Notes under the pieces: generated by a model
What the model saw: only the letters and a program-made list of their open reading frames with translations
What the model was told of the DNA's origin: nothing
Database searches by the model: none
Program-made: the position numbers and the translations under genes
Part shown: one piece after another, positions 25,522 to 32,000 of the stretch
How the letters are laid out: the number at the start of each line of letters is the position of its first letter
How positions within the stretch are numbered: position 1 is the stretch's first letter
Assembly: GCA_020353515.1 (NCBI GenBank)
Contig: CP070695.1
Span: 2,261,921-2,293,920, forward strand
Length of the DNA stretch: 32,000 bases
Direction of reading: 5' to 3'
Origin: Candidatus Heimdallarchaeota archaeon
GTDB lineage: Archaea > Asgardarchaeota > Heimdallarchaeia > Hodarchaeales > Hodarchaeaceae

Positions 25522-26316
25522 ATACCACCTGCTGAATTAATATCAATAATTGGTCCTTCAGGAGCAGGAAAATCCACCCTTTTGCGACTCATTTGTACAT
25601 TTGATCACCCCAGCTCAGGAGAAATCTGGTTTGATGGAAAATTGGTAAATACTTTCACAAATGCCGAATTGGAAGAGTTTCGTCTGAATAAGGTTGGTGT
25701 TATGTATCAAGCCCCTGAAGACAATCTTATCTGGGATTTGAACACAATTCAGAACGTTATGCTCCCAATGCGGTATTCAGGCAAATTTAGAGGGAATGAA
25801 AAAGCAAGGGCGGAGGAATTATTAGAAAAAGTTGGATTAAAAGGGAAGACTCATCGCAAACCGTCTCAACTTTCTGGTGGTGAGCAACAACGTGTCTCGA
25901 TTGCTATTGCATTAGCAAATGAGCCCAAGCTCCTTCTTGCTGATGAACCTACTGGGGAGTTAGATAGTGTTACTACAGCAGTGATTATTGATTATTTGAA
26001 GCAACTAAATAAGGATGATGGATTAACAATTCTCGTAGTGACGCATGATAAACGCTTTGCAAAAATGACGGATAAGACATATAGAATTTTGGATGGAAGG
26101 TTAACCACATATCATATTAGATCTGAAGAATCTGTTGAGGTTGATCTCGAGGAAGAAGTCGTGATTGTTGACTCCCAAGGTACTCTGAGACTCCCTCGCG
26201 AGGTGTCTCATCAGTTTAAGGATTTAAAAGCAGTTAAGATCCAAGTCAAGAATGGAAAAATCGAATTGGTTCCTTTCAAAGATAAAATGAAGAGTAAGGA
26301 GGGGGAACAAAAATGA
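25423..26316 (+). CDS. ABC transporter ATP-binding protein (MacB/LolD-like NBD) with a ~70-aa C-terminal extension containing a SpoVT/AbrB-like segment
   Basis: Walker A GPSGAGKST, signature LSGGEQQR, Walker B LLLADEPTGELD, H-loop VVTHD. The tail is VIVDSQGTLRLPREVSHQFKDLKAVKIQVKNGKIELVP. There is an ATGA overlap with the permease-2 stop. Confidence 0.9.
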   Translation: MSIMLLECRDLIKIYPSPVEGLMFPALRGLDLQIPPAELISIIGPSGAGKSTLLRLICTFDHPSSGEIWFDGKLVNTFTNAELEEFRLNKVGVMYQAPEDNLIWDLNTIQNVMLPMRYSGKFRGNEKARAEELLEKVGLKGKTHRKPSQLSGGEQQRVSIAIALANEPKLLLADEPTGELDSVTTAVIIDYLKQLNKDDGLTILVVTHDKRFAKMTDKTYRILDGRLTTYHIRSEESVEVDLEEEVVIVDSQGTLRLPREVSHQFKDLKAVKIQVKNGKIELVPFKDKMKSKEGEQK

Positions 26317-26993
26317 CTGTGAAACAAGTCCTTTATGATTTGCAACAGGTTCATAGATGGTATGAAAGCAGTGTGGAGGTCGTGAAAGCGGTTGATGGGG
26401 TCGATCTTCAGATTTTTAAGGGTGATTTCATTGCAGTTTTTGGTCCTTCTGGTTCTGGTAAAACAACATTCCTTAATCTTTTAGCAGGACTTGATAAGGC
26501 CACAGGGGGGTCAATAGTGTTTAATGACGTAAACTTGAATGATTTGAGTGATTCAGCGATATGTGATCTTAGAAGACACGAAATAGGAATTATCTTTCAG
26601 TTTTATAACATGCATCCTTCCTTAACTACTCAGGAAAATGTGGAATATCCTATGTTGATCGCAGGGATTCCTGCAAGTCAAAGGAGTCAAAGAGCGACAG
26701 AATTACTGAAAGAGATCGGTCTTCTTGACAAAAAGGATAACTTTCCTGCTGAATTATCAGGGGGAGAAAAGCAACGAGTAGGAATCGCTCGTGCCTTAAC
26801 AAATGAACCTCAGGTGATTATTGCTGATGAGCCAACGGGGGATCTCGATTCTGAAAATGCTGAAGAGATAATTAACTTGTTGTTATCAGTGAATAAACAG
26901 GGCACAACGATTGTAATGGTTACTCATGATGAATCCCTCTTAACAGAAGATATGAGAATTTTACACTTGATTGATGGGAAAATATTTGGATAA
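26313..26993 (+). CDS. ABC transporter ATP-binding protein (second, distinct NBD)
   Basis: GPSGSGKTT, LSGGEKQRVGIARAL, IIADEPTGDLD and MVTHD motifs. There is an ATGA overlap with the upstream ATPase. Confidence 0.9.
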   Translation: MTVKQVLYDLQQVHRWYESSVEVVKAVDGVDLQIFKGDFIAVFGPSGSGKTTFLNLLAGLDKATGGSIVFNDVNLNDLSDSAICDLRRHEIGIIFQFYNMHPSLTTQENVEYPMLIAGIPASQRSQRATELLKEIGLLDKKDNFPAELSGGEKQRVGIARALTNEPQVIIADEPTGDLDSENAEEIINLLLSVNKQGTTIVMVTHDESLLTEDMRILHLIDGKIFG

Positions 26994-27214
26994 AACCTAA
27001 TATTAGTTCTCTACATCACTATCAATATTTAGGCGCTCTCTATTACTATCATCTCTGATTTAGATGTCCTGACGTTGAATGAAATTGGATCAGGGAGATC
27101 AACAATCCTGTTAATGAAATCGATATCATATGGTAAATTTTATCAAGTCGACTCTTAAGCGCTCTTTGTGAGAGAACCCATCACAAGACTTCTTAAGGGT
27201 TGAAGGCTAGAAAT

Positions 27215-27361
27215 ATGACGACGTATTTGTGTCAAAAATGCCATCAGGAGATTGATCCTGCGGAATTAGAAACTTTGCCTGGGATTCGATGCATTATATG
27301 CGGTCATCGAATATTATTGAAAAAACGTCCCCCCATCATCAAACGGTTGAAAACTGATTAA
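27215..27361 (+). CDS. rpoP: DNA-directed RNA polymerase subunit P (RpoP / Rpb12 homologue)
   Basis: My own translation gives MTTYLCQKCHQEIDPAELETLPGIRCIICGHRILLKKRPPIIKRLKTD*. It has a zinc ribbon (CxxC...CxxCG) followed by ...R.L.K.R. It is 48 aa and below the ORF-track cutoff. Confidence 0.85.
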   Translation: MTTYLCQKCHQEIDPAELETLPGIRCIICGHRILLKKRPPIIKRLKTD

Positions 27362-27485
27362 AATAAGCCAAAGGACGATTTCCACAATTCTCTGTTATTC
27401 GATAGGTTTATATTTTGTTAAGGATAAAGATAGATCAGCTAATAAATTATTCAGCTAACTAAAAATCTGAGGTTAATAGTTCAAA

Positions 27486-27797
27486 ATGGGTAGTATATGC
27501 AAGACCTGCGGTCTGCCAGAAGAGTTATGCGCTTGCTCTGATATCGCACGAGAAGAACAAACGTCAATTAGGGTTTATATTGAGAAACGAAAATGGGGAC
27601 GCGAGGTAACGGTCATTGATGGACTGTCTAAAGATATTGATCTACGAAGCTTGTCCAAACGTCTGAAGAAGAGTTTGGCCACAGGTGGAACAACAAAAGA
27701 TGGCCGAATTGAACTTCAGGGTAATTTCCTTCGTTTAATTTCACCAATTCTTATCGATGAAGGATTTCCTGAAACGTCTATTGAGATACGCGGCTGA
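27486..27797 (+). CDS. Translation initiation factor aSUI1 (eIF1 homologue)
   Basis: N-terminal CKTCGLPEELCAC knuckle plus the SUI1 core IRVYIEKRKWGREVTVIDGL...LATGGTTKDGRIELQG. Confidence 0.9.
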   Translation: MGSICKTCGLPEELCACSDIAREEQTSIRVYIEKRKWGREVTVIDGLSKDIDLRSLSKRLKKSLATGGTTKDGRIELQGNFLRLISPILIDEGFPETSIEIRG

Positions 27798-27929
27798 CTC
27801 TTGTAATCAAACCGATAGAGTCCAAATATTCCCTAGATTGAGGGTGTCTCCTCCTATCAAGGGTAGATACCGTACTTTCCTTCTACATTAGATTGTACTT
27901 AAGAGAACCCTTACTTCAGAAATTAACAC

Positions 27930-28259
27930 TTAATCTTGCGGTGTTTCAATTGCTTCAACAAATCGGCGGCCGCTGACCACTTGATCGATTGAGTGAATGG
28001 AGCCATGTAATTCGGTTATAGTTTTTGAGATGAGGTTGAAATCCATATTAGAACCTTCAAGTACGACCTTGAGATTCTCTGTTTTTGCATCTATTTCAAC
28101 AAGGGTACAGTTTACAGCAGCTACTCCAGCAACCTGTTCTAAAGCAGTAGCAAAAGAAACTATGGATGGATCATGGAGTTTTAACACATCCAACACAAGG
28201 CGTCTAACCCCCCCCTTTTTTATATCCTGTTTTTCAGTCATCTGTAGATTGATCTCCAT
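27930..28259 (-). CDS. DUF211 family protein (conserved archaeal, function unknown)
   Basis: RRLVLDVLKLHDPSIV...IHSIDQVVSG...ETPQD matches the hallmark DUF211 N- and C-terminal motifs. Confidence 0.75.
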   Translation of the reverse strand: MEINLQMTEKQDIKKGGVRRLVLDVLKLHDPSIVSFATALEQVAGVAAVNCTLVEIDAKTENLKVVLEGSNMDFNLISKTITELHGSIHSIDQVVSGRRFVEAIETPQD

Positions 28260-28352
28260 AAAATCTAAATATGCTAATAAAATCTCATGTTTTGCTATCT
28301 ACAAAAGATTTTTAATATCTTGGGCGATGAAATTCAATGGTGACACGATTGA

Positions 28353-28670
28353 ATGTCTGACCTTTCTAAGTTTATTCAAAAGAAGGGAGAGAAAAAACCT
28401 CCATCAGCGTCGAAACCTCAGAAAAGGAAACCTAGAATTATCGAGCGAGAAAAAACACCTTATTCGTTAGAACAACTAAGTAAAGAACAACTAATTGAAT
28501 TATTAGAACCTCTGATGGGAGAGATCCCAGGTTTTGCTGCCAACTTAGCCTGGACTCGTCAAAAAATCCTCCCTAAAAACCCTAAAATTCACCCAGAAGA
28601 GCTAGCTCAAGAATTGTCAATTCCCTTACTCGAAGCGTATGTAATCTTAGCCCAATTACAAACATATTAA
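28353..28670 (+). CDS. Hypothetical small protein: Lys-rich N-terminus + HTH-like C-terminus
   Basis: 105 aa. It has KKGEKKPPSASKPQKRKPR, then ...HPEELAQELSIPLLEAYVILAQLQ. No family was recognised. Confidence 0.4.
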   Translation: MSDLSKFIQKKGEKKPPSASKPQKRKPRIIEREKTPYSLEQLSKEQLIELLEPLMGEIPGFAANLAWTRQKILPKNPKIHPEELAQELSIPLLEAYVILAQLQTY

Positions 28671-29893
28671 GACTCTGTATCGTCAGTTTCTTGAAACATA
28701 AGCCCAGCAATTTCTTGATACGAATCAAGTTTATTTAATGCATTAGTACAGCCTTTGGATAGAGGAATATTCTGATTCTCATCAGCCATCTTTTTTGCTT
28801 CCAGTAGTTTATCTCGTGCTTCAGCAAAATGGTCTATGGCTTCTGGGCTCATATTATCATATTCAGTAACAGCACGACAGAAAAGTTGCATTGCTTGAAA
28901 ATATTTGATTTGAGGTTCAAAAGTCTGTTTTAGGGCATCACTAGGTAATTTTTCAAGGACTTTTTGTAATGTTTGGTTTGCATAGGAAAATTGAAGAGCA
29001 GCTTGTTCGTTATTGTCTTGTATCATGAAGGCTTTCGCTGTAGCTTCATAGTACGAGGAATATTGGATTTGTTCTTGGAGTTCATATTCGACTTTTTTCT
29101 GAATCTTATTAAGTGAATGGTAAAGTTGAGCTGACTTCTGATAATTAGCTTTTGCACCGTCAAATTGATCTACCTCAGATTTCGCTAGTCCTTGAGTAAA
29201 TATTAGTTCCGCTTGGTGTTCTAATTTTTCTAGAGTGAATAACATAATCTCCCTTTGGGTTTGATCAAGGAGGGTTTCTATGTTGGAATACCCAAGAAAG
29301 TGTGCTTTTTTTAGATTTCTTAAGGCTAGGTAAAGATCATCAATATTTTTGGAGCTTTTTCCCCGTAATCGGTACAGGTGGCCTGTTATATGGAAGATAA
29401 TTCCTAGAGAATTGAAATAATGGTCATAATCATTTTTATTCTGCTCTACCACCAATTCATTGTTATATCGGTTAATTGTTTCAACATATAAGACATCTGC
29501 TTGGACTATATCATTTTCTGCTTCTGCTATCCGAGCTCGAGTTTCTTGTATTCGAGCATCAACACGTAAAACAAGGCGATCAATATCATATTGCAGTTGT
29601 GAATATAAATCGGGATATTGGGTTTGCGTTTCTAAGATTCCAGTTTGCAATTTTTGATACGAAGAGAGCGCTTTCTTGATCCTATCACTAAAAAGCATAA
29701 ACTCAGAATTGTAGAACAGACGGAGATGTTGGAGAAGGCGAAGATAGAAATCTTTTTCGGGAAAATCCGTTGCTACTAATGCTTCACCTAGGTTATCACA
29801 TAGACCGACTGTTTCCACAGTCTCATCTGCTGAAATGCAGTATTTTTGAGTCAGAATCTTTTTAACTTGTGCTATTATGTTCTCATCGGCCAT
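28667..29893 (-). CDS. Hypothetical all-helical (TPR-like/repeat) protein
   Basis: Long ORF with an ATG at 29893 (MADENII...). An upstream ATG at 29944 is also possible. Composition is helical throughout. No catalytic motif was recognised. Confidence 0.4.
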   Translation of the reverse strand: MADENIIAQVKKILTQKYCISADETVETVGLCDNLGEALVATDFPEKDFYLRLLQHLRLFYNSEFMLFSDRIKKALSSYQKLQTGILETQTQYPDLYSQLQYDIDRLVLRVDARIQETRARIAEAENDIVQADVLYVETINRYNNELVVEQNKNDYDHYFNSLGIIFHITGHLYRLRGKSSKNIDDLYLALRNLKKAHFLGYSNIETLLDQTQREIMLFTLEKLEHQAELIFTQGLAKSEVDQFDGAKANYQKSAQLYHSLNKIQKKVEYELQEQIQYSSYYEATAKAFMIQDNNEQAALQFSYANQTLQKVLEKLPSDALKQTFEPQIKYFQAMQLFCRAVTEYDNMSPEAIDHFAEARDKLLEAKKMADENQNIPLSKGCTNALNKLDSYQEIAGLMFQETDDTES

Positions 29894-30057
29894 GTGATAA
29901 TCCTCTGAAATGTTTAGTGATTTTGATCGAATCTTATTTCTCATTGTTACACTTTAGATCTGTATAAATCAGGTTCGAAACATCGTTTATTTATTTGTTT
30001 TTGAAAACGACGAATATAACGTAGAAATAGTGCTCTGATAGAAAATTGGTGAGGATT

Positions 30058-31077
30058 ATGTCTGATTGGACCTCTGAAGAGGGAATTACGGAAGAAGAGA
30101 AGTTTTACTTCTATCGCAAGGCTGGACAGATCGGGTATGAAGTTTTAAATCAAGTGAAAGATATAATCAAACCTGAGGTACCCATTATTCAGATTTGTGA
30201 AACTGCAGAGAAGTTGATATTAGAAAAAGGGGCGGATGGATTTGGTTTTCCAACAAACGTATCAATCAACAATATTGCGGCTCACTATTCCAGTCCTCAT
30301 GGTGATGAGAATGTGATTCCTAATGAGGGAAGTATCAAATTAGATATCGGTGTTCATTGTAATGGATATATTGCAGATACTGCAGTGACAATTATTCTCT
30401 CTCCTGATCTTAATAATTTGAAGACTGCTGCAGAAGAGGGATTTAAAGCAGCTATGGAAATTATTCAAGCAGGAACATTGCCTTCGTTGGTAGGAAAACG
30501 AATTGAAGAAACGATTACTGGATATGGTTATCGGCCAATTCGGGAATTGACTGGTCATAAGCTTGGAAGATACGAATTACATGGCGATAAGCGGTTACCA
30601 AATATAAGTTCTCCCTATGACCCTGCAGAGGGAGCATTGGAGGTTGGAGAAGCCTACGCGTTAGAAACTTTTGCATCAACTGGGACTGGGAGTATTCATG
30701 AGGTAGTTGGCACGAAGTATATTTACATGCTGCTTCCAAGACGCATACCGTTACGTAATCCAGTGTCAAGGAAGATCTACTCAACAACCTATAAAAAATA
30801 CAAAACCTTACCTTTTGCTGAACGCTGGTTATCCTCATATGATCAGTTTAACCCTGCGCGTGTTCGGTTTGCAATGCGTGAACTTCTAAATGGGGGAGGT
30901 ATTATTCCTTATCCTCCTTTAGCAGATGAAAAAGGGAGTTTTGTTACCCAATATGAACACACATTTATTATTACTAAGGAAGACGGTGTGATCATTACTA
31001 CTCAACCACCTTTTGATTTTGAAATGCCCGAGAGTCTTCAAGAAAAAACAGATACAGACGTTGAGGAAGAGGAATAA
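30058..31077 (+). CDS. map: Methionine aminopeptidase, type 2 (archaeal/eukaryotic MetAP2) with an acidic tail
   Basis: FPTNVSINNIAAHYS, DIGVHCNGYIADTAVT, LTGHKLGRYELHG, ALETFASTG and QYEHTFIIT (metal-ligand motifs). The ATG at 30058 is preceded by GGTGAGG. The ORF-track TTG at 30046 is less likely. Confidence 0.9.
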   Translation: MSDWTSEEGITEEEKFYFYRKAGQIGYEVLNQVKDIIKPEVPIIQICETAEKLILEKGADGFGFPTNVSINNIAAHYSSPHGDENVIPNEGSIKLDIGVHCNGYIADTAVTIILSPDLNNLKTAAEEGFKAAMEIIQAGTLPSLVGKRIEETITGYGYRPIRELTGHKLGRYELHGDKRLPNISSPYDPAEGALEVGEAYALETFASTGTGSIHEVVGTKYIYMLLPRRIPLRNPVSRKIYSTTYKKYKTLPFAERWLSSYDQFNPARVRFAMRELLNGGGIIPYPPLADEKGSFVTQYEHTFIITKEDGVIITTQPPFDFEMPESLQEKTDTDVEEEE

Positions 31078-31181
31078 ACTCATAAGGTAGAACAAGTCTA
31101 CTAATTGCTAGATGTAATTTGTTAATGAACACTAAAATTGTCATAAAATACTTTTGTAGGTATATGTTTGTTTAATCTAAT

Positions 31182-32000
31182 GTGGTTGAATTGCCCTCTC
31201 CATCCAAGTTCAAGAAATTTCTTATTACTCTTCGCAAAAAAGAGCTCATTGACGAAAACCAATATGTTGAGGCACTTGAAGGTTTGAAGGGTTCTTTCAA
31301 AACTGATGGAGATCAATTGATACCTCTCCTAGACATGTATGGACTTAAACAAATCGATGACGGGTTGCAACGTCTTAATCAATCGTTGACAGAGATTGAT
31401 ACTGAGATTAAAAAAACCATTCAAGCCTGGGAGACAAAAGCATTATCTAAGAACGAAACAAAAAAAATACTGACTGAATTTGTTTCAGAACAGAATAAAC
31501 TGATAAAAAGACAAAAAAAGCTGCAATTACACATTCAAGACAAAATTTCGCGTTTGAAATCCTTGGAAAAAGGATCTAATATTGAGATGGGGAATTTTGT
31601 TATCTCACTTCTACAAACTACTGATATAGAAGAGATAAGAACCCTTCTTAATGAGTTCATGATCATCTGGTCAAAATATTCAAGGGGGGTAGAGGAACAA
31701 AGACCTCATAAACTTGATGAGGTAGAATTGGACATTTTAAGAACTTTAATGATCCCAATACCTGAAAGTGAACGAATAATCTTTAATTTAGACGAAGTTA
31801 TTCAACCTCAGGATTTTCAGGACTCACTCCTCCCTCAAAAAATTCCAGAGGAAATTCCTAAGGAACATCAGGTTGAAGAGCTTGACTCTGTTAAGGAACA
31901 GAAAATACCCTCTACATGGGATCTAGTTGGACTTGTAGCATTTGACACGAACAAAACCCCTATAGGATTGTTTCGTCCACCTATTATGGTAAATAAGTCA
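31182..32000 (+). CDS. Hypothetical protein, 5' part (runs off the window end); coiled-coil-rich N-terminal region
   Basis: My own reading finds a frame open from the GTG at 31182 (a stop lies just upstream) to position 32000, 273 codons. It is absent from the ORF track because no stop is reached. An internal ATG near 31335 is an alternative start. Confidence 0.35.
   Translation, partial: MVELPSPSKFKKFLITLRKKELIDENQYVEALEGLKGSFKTDGDQLIPLLDMYGLKQIDDGLQRLNQSLTEIDTEIKKTIQAWETKALSKNETKKILTEFVSEQNKLIKRQKKLQLHIQDKISRLKSLEKGSNIEMGNFVISLLQTTDIEEIRTLLNEFMIIWSKYSRGVEEQRPHKLDEVELDILRTLMIPIPESERIIFNLDEVIQPQDFQDSLLPQKIPEEIPKEHQVEELDSVKEQKIPSTWDLVGLVAFDTNKTPIGLFRPPIMVNKS

Noticed and set aside
27140-27200. 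Hairpin (UUGUGA-9 nt-UCACAA) upstream of rpoP as a regulatory RNA or terminator
   Set aside because: It has only 6-7 bp and no T-tract. It is indistinguishable from chance in this composition.
27997-28470. 157-aa plus-strand ORF
   Set aside because: It is mostly antisense to the strongly recognisable DUF211 gene. Its 3' part overlaps the better-supported 28353 ORF out of frame.
29460-30889. Short ORFs inside the 28667-29893 gene and the MetAP2 gene (29460-29657, 29476-29679, 30340-30558, 30515-30838, 30707-30889)
   Set aside because: They are antisense or alternative-frame shadows.
1-32000. CRISPR arrays, rRNA genes, transposases/IS elements, integrases, and a prophage or defence island
   Set aside because: None were seen. 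The only repeats are the ABC tandem duplication and short local repeats. The only defence-like signal is the lone HEPN-like domain.

Overview
AT-rich archaeal chromosomal segment. Archaeal origin is supported by eS4, RNase P protein Rpp29, RpoP/Rpb12, aSUI1/eIF1, DUF211, type-2 MetAP, a split methylmalonyl-CoA mutase and an intron-containing tRNA. I cannot place the lineage without searches.

Layout:
- 1-7.2 kb: assorted enzymes (MDR oxidoreductase fragment, DUF3795, thioesterase-like, isochorismatase-like, tandem-ACT protein), about 0.9 kb with no credible gene, an orphan PAS-PAS histidine kinase, and a small zone of gene remnants.
- 7.2-16.5 kb: a TPR-HEPN protein and a Trm5/TYW2-like methyltransferase. 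Then a minus-strand ribosomal block, uL22-uS3-uL29-Rpp29-uS17-uL14-uL24-eS4-uL5-uS14. Its usual neighbours are rearranged: uS19 is flipped and monocistronic, and the block ends after uS14. Next come a bacterial-type RNase III, a coiled-coil/wHTH protein, and tRNA-His(GUG) with an encoded G-1 and a 27-nt D-loop intron.
- 16.6-32 kb: a cobA-mcm (B12) operon and a tightly coupled ABC operon, then RpoP, aSUI1, DUF211, hypotheticals, MetAP2 and a partial coiled-coil ORF.

The most unusual locus is the ABC operon. It has two diverged tandem copies of a ~945-aa double-FtsX permease and two different ATPases, the first with a SpoVT/AbrB-like C-terminal tail. Between the permease copies lies a fossil of the ATPase 5' end. 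It is still an intact 44-codon ORF whose differences from the live ATPase gene are mostly synonymous.

No CRISPR array, rRNA, transposase or obvious prophage or defence island was seen. All calls come from reading the sequence and recognising motifs by eye; no searches were run.
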